In this document: positions 40,576 through 53,700 of the stretch, in pieces
Layout of the letters: every line of letters starts with the position of its first letter
How positions within the stretch are numbered: the stretch's first letter is position 1
Origin: Nageia nagi
Taxonomy: Eukaryota > Plantae > Pinophyta
Assembly: GCA_050084985.1 (NCBI GenBank)
Contig: JBITNC010000002.1
Location: 18,600,001 to 18,664,000, forward strand
Direction: 5' to 3'
Length of the DNA: 64,000 nt
Translations under genes and position numbers: made by a program
Notes under the pieces: model-generated
What the model was told of the DNA's origin: nothing
What the model saw: only the letters and a program-made list of their open reading frames with translations
Database searches by the model: none

Positions 40576-41879
40576 GTGTAGGTATGATATATGCATATAA
40601 TTTGTTATATGCATATGCTTTATTTATATACACATGTAGACTTTATCTCCTATACTGGAGGATCATGGCATACTCCCCTAGTAGGATTAACACTAGATCA
40701 TTAGTGGTTTCTTACAAGTCTCAATCTATTAAATCAACAAGGATAATTGTTTCTGTTTTCTTCAGGTATTAATATATTTAATAATGTCTTTTCTAACTAA
40801 ATTAAACCATGTAAAGGGAATTCTTAACTATTTCTTTTCCTAATTTCAAATTAGGAACTTATATTTATTTAATTACCCTTCCTAGGTAAATTCCTAGATC
40901 AAAATAATTATTTTGTTTCCACACAAAGATAACACATCATACATTATAAAACATCATATTTCTAAGAGACTACCTTTCAGATCCTTATCTTTTGCATCTT
41001 ATATGAATTTTTTTTTAACTTCCTAAGGTTTTATAAGGTTTTTCCTTATATGAAATTTGATCTTTAGAATCACTCTTAGGTTATCATTTTCAATCCACTG
41101 ATGATCATATCACCTTTATACACTTGTTCTTGTACATCACCATAAGCACTTCGATAATAACATATACAATAATAAAAAACATTATAGTATTAATTTTCCA
41201 ACTTTCTAATTATAATAATCACATTATCACAATCAAATGCACATAACTTAATATTTTATTTAATTACAAGCAAAGTGTCTAGTCTCATGCTATCATAGCA
41301 TCAAAATATCAATGGAATCCATAGTTCCTTATTTTATTATCAAAGCAAGTAATAATATTCTTACTATTTTTATTATCTTTTTAAAGTCCTTAAGTTTAGT
41401 TTTCAATGATAAATTTTCATTGTCTCCCATTTCCCATATAAAAATTTTCTCAAAATAATTGCCCTATTTAATCCCAACAATGGTCATCAAGATGGTTATG
41501 AAGCTTTTTGGAGTTCTAAAACTTGATCAAATTTTACTTTCATGGCTAATGGATTTTCTATCTATATAATATACATATATTAATATGTGAGAGGTCAAAA
41601 ATATATTCCTCTTCAAAGAAAGATTCTTTAAAGAATCTATCATAAATATAGATTATAGGCATGATAGAGATAAGGCATCTATGATGGCTAGAATATTATA
41701 TACATTCATATGAGATTAGTATCCCTTATCCCTTAGATATTAAATAATATCATGATGATGTGGATGAAGATGAAATGAATTCAATATACCAATGCCATTT
41801 ATATAAATGATAGAAATATCAATAATAATGCATATATTTTCATTGATACTTCTATAGGGAGAAAGAAATAAAATAATAT

Positions 41880-42310
41880 TTTTATAATCTTCATTTAGAT
41901 CCTAGAAATATATTCAAATGTGATTTATAAAAGGATTATTAAAATTTAAAAAAATGAAATAATATGTTAGGAATAAAAAGAAACCTCATTAGTATAGAGA
42001 GAACAATTGTTGCTTATATCATAAAGTTAAAGATCATTCAACTAATCACTATATTATAGCTCTTTATTTAGTTATTTTTTATTGCAAATAATTATTTAGA
42101 GCCTACAATATCAATCTTGAGATGCTTATCTTGGAAATTATGCTTTTAAGAAAAAAATAATACCTAGGGATTGATACCTCTTAGGGTTTTTAGATATATA
42201 TCTTTAAGATATCTAATCTAAAAAATTTAAGAAAGGTAAATTTTGAGAGAATTATCATCATTTTAAGGAATATCAGCTAATGTAGCTTTATTTCTTATTT
42301 TACAATGTAT
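41880..42310 (+). other. Possible endogenous caulimovirid (pararetrovirus) movement-protein relic
   Basis: Frameshifted translation YLGIDTS / LDIYL*DI* / NFERIIIILRNIS*CSFISYF resembles the caulimovirid 30K-type MP core (LGIDTP..IYLRD.R..NF..SII..L.GNL..G.F..YF). Very decayed, recognised by eye only. Confidence 0.35.
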
Positions 42311-45064
42311 AAAAGGATAAACAAAAGTAATTTTATATTATCAATTATTATGATGATAATCTTATATCAAATCAATATACTAGGAAAAGTAATATCAATA
42401 TTTGAATATCAAAGCATATCTTTAGAAATTATTCTAGATCTATCTATTAGTGAGGTATTAAACCTCCTATAAAGATAAAATTATAAGGAAACCATTGAAT
42501 ATTTTCAAAGAATTTTTGAAGAGCTTCTTGACAAAAAATGACTAATTTTAAGTTAAAGCAAAAAAATCAGAGCAAGGAGACTAAGTCTTGATCTTGTTAG
42601 ACATCCTTCACAACTTGAACTAGGTCTTTATTTCTATATGATTTTATAATTTCATATATTATTCTAGTTCCCTAGCTCAATCTAAATGCATAATAGGAAG
42701 GAGCATAATCATCATAATAATTTCTATCAAGTTTATATTTTGGTGTCTAACAAATAGGAAGGAACATAATCATCATCAAGGATTGATCCTAACCACCAAA
42801 ATTATAGGAAAAGGATTGACAACATCATTGGTAGGTCAGATCATCTTCCAATAGGTAAATACAATATTTTATTTCATACTAAAGTTAGATACAGATGAAT
42901 GATTGATTGGTTACCTAGTTCAAAAATAATATAAATCTTGGTTCATAGTAAGAGTTTATACAATTTCATGAATATATATTTATCATTTGTAAATACTTAA
43001 ATTTGTATTTATATATAATATAAACCATTTTTATCTTCCTAAATCTTCCTTTCTATGTGATGGTTTGATATCATAAATAGAACCCAAAAATAGAATTTAT
43101 TAAAGAGGGAAAGAAGAGAAAAATAATGAAGTAATATAAGGATTATGAATTCCCTTAATATTATAGCTTTTAGAGTTAGTAAATCAAAACTAATATGGAT
43201 TAAATAAATTACATTCAAATGGTAAATATTTTAAAATGTTAAGAGTCAATTTTGTTTAGAAAATAAATAAAAATAATTCTTAAGAATGAAGAAAATAAAA
43301 TAACATATTTCAAAAATAAAAAGAAATATTGGTTCCAAAGAAATATTTTTGAGAGGGGATAAAAATAAATAAAGACTTATCTTTTTCTTAAACCAAATTA
43401 ATCAAACTTGTTTATGTAATTTATCATATCTTTTTTCTAAGTTTCAACTAAATATTGTAAGCAAAGAAGTTATGGTTGCTCATGATATATCCAATAATAG
43501 GCACACTTGGATCATTAGTATTAGGGAAATTCTAGTTAAAAGAGAAATTGTTAGTATTGGTAATTTGCACATAGAAAGAAGGTATATATTACATTTAACT
43601 TTTTCATCCAGTATAAAACTTACATACTTTTATATAGAATCATAAATAATGATTAGAGAATATTCCATATGGATTTCAAGTGTGTGTGCTTAAATGAGGA
43701 TTTGAATAAAAAATTTCTATGTGGAATAACTTATAATTTATAAGGAAAGAGATAAAGAGTATATATAATTTTATAAAAAAAAGAAAACTTGATGTAAATT
43801 GAAGGATGCACCATTATAGATGTATATTAGGATGGATACATTTTTAAGAAAGTAATTGAAACAAAAAAATATACTATATTACTTCTACATAAATAATTTT
43901 GAAGTATAATTTCTTTATCATCATCATCACCATCATAATTATAATTAGTTATGTTTATAATATGATGATAGCTAATATTGGTAATGAAGATATGATTAAA
44001 AGGTCCAAAAATAGTACATAGTAACATAAAAAAGATGGGATCTTCAATATTGCATTGTCATTATCTTGGTATTAATACATAGTATTTTTATTTGTAAAAT
44101 AAAATATACAAATAAATTATATGGAAAAATAAAATTATAATATATAAAAACTTATTCAATTCCAAAGAAAGAAAAAGTGAAATTAATAGAAGAAAATAAG
44201 GATAAAATAAAAGTGAATCCTATTATGTGTAGGCACATTATTACTTATTTGATTTACATTACCTACATCAAAAATATATTATATATTCAATATTATTCCT
44301 ATATTCATAAGAAATCCAAGGGGAGAATATTATATAAAGAATAAACATTATAAGATAATTGAAAGAACTAATAGACTATGGATTTGTGTATAGAAATGAT
44401 TACTAATTGATAAGATATTCATAGTTAGACTAGATTGGTTTAAAAGAATCTGAAATACTGACTAAAAGATATGCAAATAATTTATATTCAAGAATAATAT
44501 GCTAAAAAAAAGAAAAATAGAAAATCTAAACATGAAAAAATAAGAGGTCATGATAAAAAAAATAAAAGAGGTAATATTTTTTTTACATATTTGAATTTCA
44601 AAAGAAGTCAACTTTAGTGTATTATGATTGTTAAAGTATTTTTAAATTGATAAAAAATATATAAAATTCAATCAAGGATAAAATATATTAATATTTAGGA
44701 ACATTTAATTATAGAATAAGTTGAAGTATAACTAATTTCATTAATTTATTATTTAATTGAAGAGAATTATTAACCATTTTGATCAAAGAGTCAAGGAAAT
44801 GTATAATGTCAATTTATTGTAAAATAACAAAATTTGAGGATTTTTAATTTTTGAATATGCTATTTTTTTGCAAACTGGCCTAAGCCATGTAGCCTTAGTT
44901 TTTAAAGTTTTTTATTTTTTATTGATTAATGAGCCAAAATTTTATAAATTCAGGGTAGTTTTTATATAAAATAGTCAATTATACCCTCAATATTTTTGTA
45001 CCTTATTGTTTATATTTTATAAATAATTTTATTTTGTCCAAGTGAATCACTTATTATACCCAAG

Positions 45065-45090
45065 CATATATATATATATATATATATATA
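45065..45090. repeat. (AT)n microsatellite
   Basis: Direct observation. Confidence 0.9.
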
Positions 45091-45372
45091 CCAAATGACC
45101 TACTGAACTAGAACCATCTCAAGTACAACATGAGCGTAATTTGCATTTTATAGATAAAGATATCCTAAAGATAAAGGAAGAGCATCTTATAATAGGATAT
45201 AAGAATCTTGTGGAGATGAACATCTTATATAAGAAGATAAACATATTGTAAAAGGATACGAGCATCTTGGAGAAGGAGAAAAATATCTTATGGTGGTAGA
45301 CATATTGTAAAAACATAATAAGATAAACTCTAGACTTTAAATATATACTTAATTGAATTATAGATCTATAGG

Positions 45373-46323
45373 AAATATATTTATGGTAATTTTAACTAAA
45401 TCTAATCGCTCAATGATGCAAAAAATTCATCACTAGATAGATCTTATCAAGTATATACAAAATAAGTGATCACACGACTCCATTTGGAACAAAACCAAGC
45501 TCTCCAAGATGCATATATTGTTATGTGAGAAGATACACCTCTTGTTACATAACAAGATCATCTTGTTACATAAGAATATGTACATCTTCTTACATAACAA
45601 GATGTAAGTCTTCTTACTTACATGACAAGATATACATCTTATTATGTAAGAAGATGCACATCTTGTTACGTAACAAGATGAATCTTTTTATGTAACAAGA
45701 AATGTATCTTCTTACATAAGAAGATGTATATCTTCTTACATAACAAGATATATGTCTTCTTAGGTAACAAGATGCACATCTTCTTACTTATGTAACAAGA
45801 CATATATCTTCTTATGTAAGAAGATGTACATCTTATTATGTAAGAAGACATATGACTTGTTATGTAAGAAGACTTCTTACTTACATAACAAAATGTATGT
45901 CTTCTTACTTACGTAAGAAGATGTATGTCAAGAAGATAGAAGATGTACATCTTGTTACCTAATTAAGAAGATGTGTATCCTATTATGTAAGTAAGAATAT
46001 GTATGTATTCTTACTTGCCTAATAAGATGCACATATTCTTACTTATTTAACAAATTGGACAAATCTTCTTACATAGGAAGACATATATCTTGTTACATAG
46101 TAAAAAGATGTACATCTTCTTACGTAACAAGATGTATGTATTTTTACATAACAAGATGTGGGTCTTCTTACGTAATAAGACACACATATTAGATAGCTTG
46201 ATTTTGATCCAAAGGGGATCATGTGACCACTTGTTTCACATGTATTCAATGAGATCTATTCAATGGTGGAGATTTTATATCATTTATAAGTGAGATTTGG
46301 TCTAAATAACTACAAATACATTT
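45373..46323. mobile_element. Fold-back/MULE-like non-autonomous element: ~170-bp inverted arms around an array of palindromic units
   Basis: The reverse complement of 46153-46323 aligns to 45373-45545 (e.g. AAGTGATCACACGACTCCATTTGGAACAAAACCAAGCT vs AAGTGGTCACATGATCCCCTTTGGATCAAAATCAAGCT). The centre is made of CATCTT(C/G)TTA(CA/TG/CG)TAA(G/C)AAGATG units. True termini may lie further out. Confidence 0.75.
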
Positions 46324-48435
46324 AATAGAAATATCACCATTTTTTATAATATGCGTCCTAAAAAATTTAAATATTGGCTTTTCTTCTACTCAATTTTGGG
46401 ATATAATCACCAATATTTTGGACTCATTTCACCACTATTTTATTTATTTCACTTAATCAAAATTCCTTATGCATAATGTTACAAAGAGTTTAAAATTAAA
46501 ATTTTAAAGTTTTTCATAAATTATGAATGTACTTGAATATAAATATTTAGTGAGGGAGAGGATTCATTTAAATATCAATATTTATATATATTTTAATTAT
46601 ATGTGAAGGTATTTCATTAAAAATGTTCATTCACTTTACATGCAAAAAGATGTTGGTGGATTGAACACACTCCTATATGAGATCAAACTAACCCATTAAT
46701 GGTTAGGTCATGAAGATCGAGGATGCAACCATTAAATTTGTAAATAGATCATCATAACAAAAATAAATAAAAATATTTATATCATATACGATGGAGTGCA
46801 CAACGGATGATATTCCTTGTTCCCTATAGGGTATTATAGATTGGGTACATAGACAACATCAATGTGAGTGTCCATGTCATTCTCCACTTTAGGGTCACAA
46901 TACTCCCATCCAAACTATTAGCTCATTCTCTCCTCATCTATTTACTAGATCAAATATCTTGGAAGGAGCATCCTAGCCCTTCAAATGGTCAAGATCATTT
47001 TACCATGTAGGAAAAAAAGATTTAGCAGTTGGTAGCAAATGTGATTAAGGGATTTCTAGAGAGTTATCTTTGTTACACTTGGGAATATAGTGATGTTAAC
47101 AAGAGAATTTTCTATCTCTTAAGGAGTGATCTAGCAACACCTAGTTGACTACACATGGACCATTGACCAAGTAGCTAAATAAGATACAAATGTACTCCAT
47201 GCCCATTGCTAATTTCTCCACTAAACTATTATCTAGTGCTCAATATCAGAAAACATTTTCACTTTATCAATAAATGCAAAAAAAGTATAAGGGGAGTGTC
47301 GATGAAAATTAGTATTTTTTTGGGTTTTCCAAATGCAAAAAAGAATATTCACTTTGAAAAAATTATCAATTTGTAGCAAAGGGAGGGTGAAGAGAAATTA
47401 GTCCTTTAGCAAGGCTTATTGCCTAAATATTTATATTTAGATTATTATATTATTTAAAACATAACTTTTTATACTAGTTCAATTTTAGGTGAATAACTTT
47501 TTTATTTTAAAGAAAAAATATATAATATTGAAGTTATATTCCTTAACTGGAAACCCTAAGTTACAATGTTGGTTAATGATTTTACAAGCAAAATTCATTT
47601 ATGGTTTCAAAAATATGTAAATTAAAGTTTTTTTTTGTTAGTTTTAGGAACTAGGAATAATTGTGCTATAAAGTTATCATTTGATAAAAAAAGGCTAATA
47701 ACATTTCTTCTTTTACAAGACCGTATTGCAATCTATACTTTATTATTATTTTTGTAATGAATTAATGAAAGCCATTCTAAACATTTCACTTAAATGAAAT
47801 ATTTCTTATTCTTTCTTTATAATCATTTTTTTCTTTCAAATCTCATAAATGGAACATATATTCAATAATTATGTTATACCACAACATATCTTGTATATAA
47901 TATAATTTCTCTAATTTGATAATTCTAAAATGGACATGTATTTGTTGATAACAAACTATAAGACCATTCTATCATTGCTTAATTCATTTCAATCTCAAAA
48001 TTTTAATGTCTATGATACTTATCCTTGGAAATCATCTTGAAAAAAAAAAAAAAAAAACATTTGAAAAATTACGATATAGTAATAAAATTTAAAAAAAATA
48101 AAATAAAAAATTAATATTAAAATTTGTCTACTAATATTATATTAAATACTTTGAATTTTATCATTTATACATTAAAAGCCTATTTTATTTTATATAAACT
48201 ATAAATTATTCAATAATTTACTATTAAATATTGTTTCATCTATTACCTGATTTGTATTAAACTGCTAATGGGACAAAAAATTATAACAGCATTCTACACT
48301 CTAGATCCTAAAAGAAAAACACTATCTTAAGATGTAAAATAACGGAATACTTTTGCTGTAAGAAACACAGTGACTTTTGCATGTCAGGGTGTTCATGTCG
48401 AATTGGTTTGAAATTCTGTGTTTGATTCTTGGCAG

Positions 48436-49345
48436 GACTGTTAAGGTGTGGGAAGAGCTGTAGGCTGCGATGGACTAATTATCTCAGGCCCGACAGGAAA
48501 CTTCTTTTTTGCAGACCATAATTCAATTCCACGGCCTGATGGGCAACAAGTAAGGCTCTTAAGGATAGGAAGGATATAAGACTGCATAAAGTTGTTAATG
48601 GTTGTACCTTATTTCAAATATAATTTCGTTGTTCTGTACAGGTGGTCTGCCATAGCTTCACGTCTTCCGAGAAGAACAGATAACGAAATAAAAAAACGCC
48701 TGCTCCAGATCGGAATTGACCCGGTGACACACAGGCCCCGTATGGATCTCTTCAATTGCGCCAACATGAATCAGTTTTTGGGGCCGGCTACTTTAAACCA
48801 TATGATCCTTAGGTTGGAGAGGGGAGTCTAAAGGAAGCGGTAACAAAAGAAAATTATGAAAGAATTGCTACAACAGCCATTATCCACCTCCTGCAGCAGA
48901 AGGCTCATCGATACAATCAGAATGGAAACTCAATGAATGCAGCAGAGCTTCTCAGAAGAACCCCTTGTGAAAAATTCCCCGCCCCCCCCCCCCAAGACAA
49001 GATATTACTTCTAATTACGTAGTGCCTCAGATTTGGGCCCAAAATCCAAAGAATCAGCTAGAATCCTTAGAGCTCAGCACATTAGTTTCCCGAGCTCTGC
49101 AATTAGTGCAATCTCAATCTCAATCTCAGATCATAAATAATATGCAGTGTTTACCGGCCCTTATGTTTAGCACTGCCAGTCCTGCCACAATAGCTCCCAG
49201 CAGTGATTCGTACCAATTCCCTCCTTGTTTTCTTTCGGCCTTAACATATCTTCCAGAGGAAGGTGAGAAGAGTGGGGATATGCAAAATTGTGAAGATGAG
49301 AGCGAGTACTGGAAGAATATACTCAGATATGTTTCAGAGAAATGA
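48436..49345 (+). pseudogene. R2R3-MYB pseudogene, paralogue of the 33.1-kb gene (exon 2 48436-48549, exon 3 from 48642; exon 1 not found)
   Basis: [20 protein letters not shown] followed by two 8-bp deletions (exon 114 vs 130 bp). GT-AG intron 2 is retained. Exon 3 reads [17 protein letters not shown][NHWNTHLK missing][21 protein letters not shown], with frameshifts near 48822 and the poly-C at ~48980. C-terminal LPAL...SP and YWKNIL motifs are retained. Confidence 0.92.
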
Positions 49346-50309
49346 AATGAAATGAAATATTATTAATGTCTGCAGTGGGTCAAATATGACTCAACAGACT
49401 GAAAAAGTAGAACAGTGAAAACTATAAGTAGGGGGTTAAAAGTGCTCAGCCAAAGAGCAAACAAGAATAAATATAAAAAAGGGGAAATCATGCACAGAGA
49501 CAAAGAACATCATCCATAAGATATATTCTCTCTTAATTTCTCCCAACATCGGATGTTGATGAATCAATGCTGAAAAAATCATTGATCTAGTTCTACCTAT
49601 CATTAATCTGGAGTCCCAAAGATCCATGAGTACGTTGTCTAGTGGCCCTGCTGATGTCTAGATGATCTAGTGCTTGTTGTTTTTGGCCAATATCTGTATT
49701 ATCTCTTGGTAAATAAGAGCTGGTGAAATAAGATGTGATAAGTGGAGATTATTGAGAGTGGAAGACATTTAGATGAGAACTCTTCTGCTGATGAAATTGG
49801 ATTGCTTCTATGATATAAAGACCAAGCAACGTTGATCCTCATAACAGAAAAAGGTTGATATATAATATCAATCACCCCTAAAAAAGCAGTGGAATCTACC
49901 TCAATCTCATAATAAATTGAGCAACAAAAAATAAAATGATGTAAAGAGCACAGTAGATAACAATTTAAACTGTAACATCAATCAAAAGCAATAAGAACTT
50001 TGATGTGTAGCATACAGAGACAATAGAGTTGTAAGTGAGTGCAGTAGGAAAGCTAGGAATGTTGGAGGAATCACGGAATACTAGGACTTTTCGTTCATGG
50101 ATGTAAAAATAGCGAAGTATTTGATTTATGATTTTTTAGTTTAATAGTTGAAGTGTAACTAAATTATAACAAGTTGAAACAATAATTAAACATTATAGTT
50201 TCATATTTCTTATAATTAAATTTCTGGTATGAATTGATGTTGAAATTCAAAAACATGTGCTGCAGTGCTTTGTGACTTTTTTTTTTTATCCCTTTTTCTT
50301 TTTATATAG

Positions 50310-50758
50310 GTGATCCACACGTTACAACCTCTCCTTGTATATGAGGTAGGATATGCTCAAATTTATTGTATATATAACTATTATATATATATGAATTATT
50401 GTATTATTAAATTTACATAGGTTAATTATGAAGGTTTATATTTTAGATGGATGGATGGGTAGATTATTGTAGTGTTAAATTCGACATAGGTTAAATTACA
50501 TATATAGATAAATGTGATCCACATGGTACAACTTATTTTTGTATATGAGGTAGGATATGCACATATTCATTTTAAGTTATGCACAAATTTATCGTATATG
50601 CAAGCAATTCAAGGTATATATTGTTATATGAACTATTATAGTACTAAATTTGCATAGGTTAAATTATGAAGGTTATAATCTTCATATATTTGATTGATAG
50701 ATAGATAGATTAATGAATGGATGGACTATTGTAGTGTTGAATTTGCATATCTTAAATT
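50310..50758. repeat. ~205-bp imperfect tandem duplication
   Basis: GTGATCCACA...TTGTATATGAGGTAGGATATGC at 50310 and 50514. Confidence 0.8.
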
Positions 50759-50949
50759 TTGATGGACTATATATATATTTTGATAGAATATTAAGAATAT
50801 AAAAATATAATTTATGTATAGTTTTTTTAAAAATTGTAAAATTGGAGTTTTTATGTATGAACTTAATATTAATTACACATTTAAGATTTTAGATTTTCAT
50901 ACATAAAATTTTATTTGGAATTGCATAATAGTTTATGCTATTTTCTTTC

Positions 50950-52600
50950 TTTTATATTATAATCTTAGTTAATTGAAGCTACCATTCAAAAAACTTTGAA
51001 TGTAACAACATTATTATACAAGATTGTGTAAGAGTACTAAAAAAGGCAAAACCATTCAAGAGAAAGATTTCTAATGATGAAGAGGTTCTTTAAGATAATT
51101 GAACAATAAATAAAATATTATCATATTTAAGCAAATAAAGGAAATGCAACCATGGTTCAAAATAATAATGACTAGAATGTGAAAATTTAGATCATCTTAC
51201 AACATGGGAAAGCTTGTATAAGAAATTAAAAAGAAACCACTTTAATATTTAACATTCAATCAAGTATGGAGGGGTATTGTTGTTTATTCTTTAGATGGAA
51301 AAACCAAAAAAATATTTATACGTAAAGTTTCTTTTGTACCCAAGATACATGGGGTTCCTAAAATACATAAACAAAGAGTTCCAATTAGGTAAATTATGAA
51401 CACCATAGGCTCTCTAACATATGAGTTTGCCAAATATTAGGCATAGGAAAATGTGAATCATGTAATTCATAAAACAACATCACATAGTAAAAGATCAAAA
51501 TTTTTTATAAGTAGGATAAAAAAATTGCAAAGTTAAGGAGAATAATATTTTGGTACATTTTGATGTTGTATCCTTATATACTAAAATCCCAATAGATAAA
51601 GCACTAAATGTTATAAATCATACTTAGTAAACTAAGAAATATTGATATTGTTTAAAATATACTTAATACATTCCCTTTAAAACCAAAATTATGGAGTAGA
51701 TATGTAGATGAAATGAAAATGAATTGGAAACATGGAAGAGATTCCTTTAAGGACTTTCATAAACATGTAAATTTAATTGATCAAACTATTCAATTCACCA
51801 AAGAGATTGAACATGATGATAGGCTTCCTTTTCTTGACATGCTAGTTTATTAAAAGAGATAATGGGGAGATGGTGCATGAGGTGTATACAAAAAATAAAC
51901 ATATAAAAATATAATTGCATGCCTTATCCCATTATTATTTTTCTAATAATATGAAATTTCTCAATACTCTTACAACTAATGTTGTTAGGATTTGAGATAA
52001 TGATTATATGCACAAGGAGGATATACCTTTAAGTAAAACACTAATAAAAAATAGTTAAGAAATTAAAGAGATTATAAATACATGGAATATGATGGAAAGA
52101 GAAAAAGCTAGTAAGAGAGAAGACCAAAATGATGTTAATGCTAACATAGGGTTAAACTACCTTTACTATATTAAGGGCATAAGTGAAAATGCAACTAAAA
52201 TATTTATGAAAGCACATGTTAAAATAATATTTCCTCCTCTTAAGATATTAGAGAATATGTTAAATTTTTTTGAAGACCACTTAGAACCCTTACAATATAA
52301 GGGTGTATATATAATATTATGCATGAGTGTGAAACTTACATTAGTGAAATACAGAGGTCGATACATACACATGTAAAAGAATATAGTACACAAATTTACT
52401 ATATAATATAATAATCAAATTGATAATCATAAATTATATGGATAAGACTAAACACCATATATTCATGGATAAGGTTGAACTCTTAGTAAGATGTAATAAA
52501 TTCCAAAAATGAATAAATAAGGAAGCTATTGAAATTAAACTTAACCCTAATAACACCAATATAGATAAAAGTATTGAATCATGAGTTATTGTAATGATGG
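50950..52600 (+). mobile_element. Decayed Penelope-like retroelement (RT + C-terminal GIY-YIG endonuclease; Dryad/Poseidon type)
   Basis: ANKGNATMV (ADKGNATV), PKIHGVPKIHKQRVPIR*IMNTIGSLTYEFAKY, FDVVSLYTKIPIDKAL, PLKPKLWSRYVDE, IQFTKEIEHDDRLPFLDMLV, HEVYTK..H...LHALSH, a GIY-YIG-like KGVYII, and KEAIEIKLNPNNTNID. These motifs occur in the correct PLE order. Confidence 0.88.
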
Positions 52601-53199
52601 TTAGGGGATATGTAAACCTATATTTTATTTTTATTGTTTATTATTTAGATGGTTTAAGTTTCATTAAACTAATTATTTATAGATTATCAAGCTTTGATAT
52701 TCTATAATCTTCTAATTTAAATTAATAAATATAATATTAAAATATATTAGAGGAAGTCTCTAGTTGATAACACATAAGTTATTAGAAAATGAGAATGATA
52801 TAGAAAATAGGAAGTCTCAAAGAACAAATTTTATTTTAATTTTATATTTGGACTATTGTAATTCTTTCCAAGTTAAGTAACATTCTATAATCCTTTAAAT
52901 ATTATAAATTATAATTATAAAAGGTCCAATATTTTCCTATTTATGTGATTGATCTTTGAAATGGATTTGAAAGTTAGAGGTGATTTCAAAAACTATTTTA
53001 TGATTGCATTTTATTTTTACATTTTTATCCTTTTTTTTTTGTATTTTTATGGGATAAATAGTATAACATTACGATGGTATCCCAAGTCACTTTTAGAGAT
53101 CTTATCATATATGGTGGAAATGTATATCAAACAACTAAGTAACAACACACTTCATTAATATAAATCAAAATTTTTTCATAAGAAATATTTATGCCTTCA

Positions 53200-53700
53200 A
53201 CCACCTAAGGTGGAGGAAGAATTTATGAAATAACCTTACTTCAATAAATTGAATGGTGGTTTTAATTAGAATATGGTTGTAGACTTTAAAACTTCACTAA
53301 TGTTAGCTAAAAATATGGGAGGTATAACTTACTATAATATCAACATGATGGTCCAAAGGGAGTTATTATTGAATGCATTATATTAGATACAGAACTTGAA
53401 GGATCCTCCTTCATGTGGTCTAATAAAGGGATGGGAGACCACACCATCAAGAACATTTTGGATATAATGCTAATGATCCATATATGGTATTTAATAATGA
53501 TGCTGATATGATCCTCAAATCCCTTTCTAAGATTTGGTTAGACCATAACCTTATTTCCCTTACAAAAAATAAGGAAGTTCAATAGAATAAAATTTCTCCT
53601 AAGTTTGAAATAAAGTGGTTGAATCATGGAGGCCTTAATTAAAGGAAGTAATATGCTTATTTTTGACTAGAAAATTAATGATGCTAGAAGAAGAATTGAA
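53200..53700 (+). mobile_element. L1 LINE ORF2 endonuclease fragment
   Basis: VVDFKTSL...NMGG...LDTELEGSSFMWSNKGMG...ILD...SKIWLDHNLISL...KFEIKW approximates the L1 APE GDFN..L...EK.GG...G..FTWSN.R.G...RLDR...SDH.PI...FE..W motifs. Confidence 0.65.

Noticed and set aside
45530-46190. Repeat array superficially CRISPR-like, with ORFs 45666-45851, 46043-46249 and 46090-46293
   Set aside because: Units are adjacent and degenerate with no unique spacers, in a eukaryotic context with no cas genes. The ORFs are translations of the repeat.
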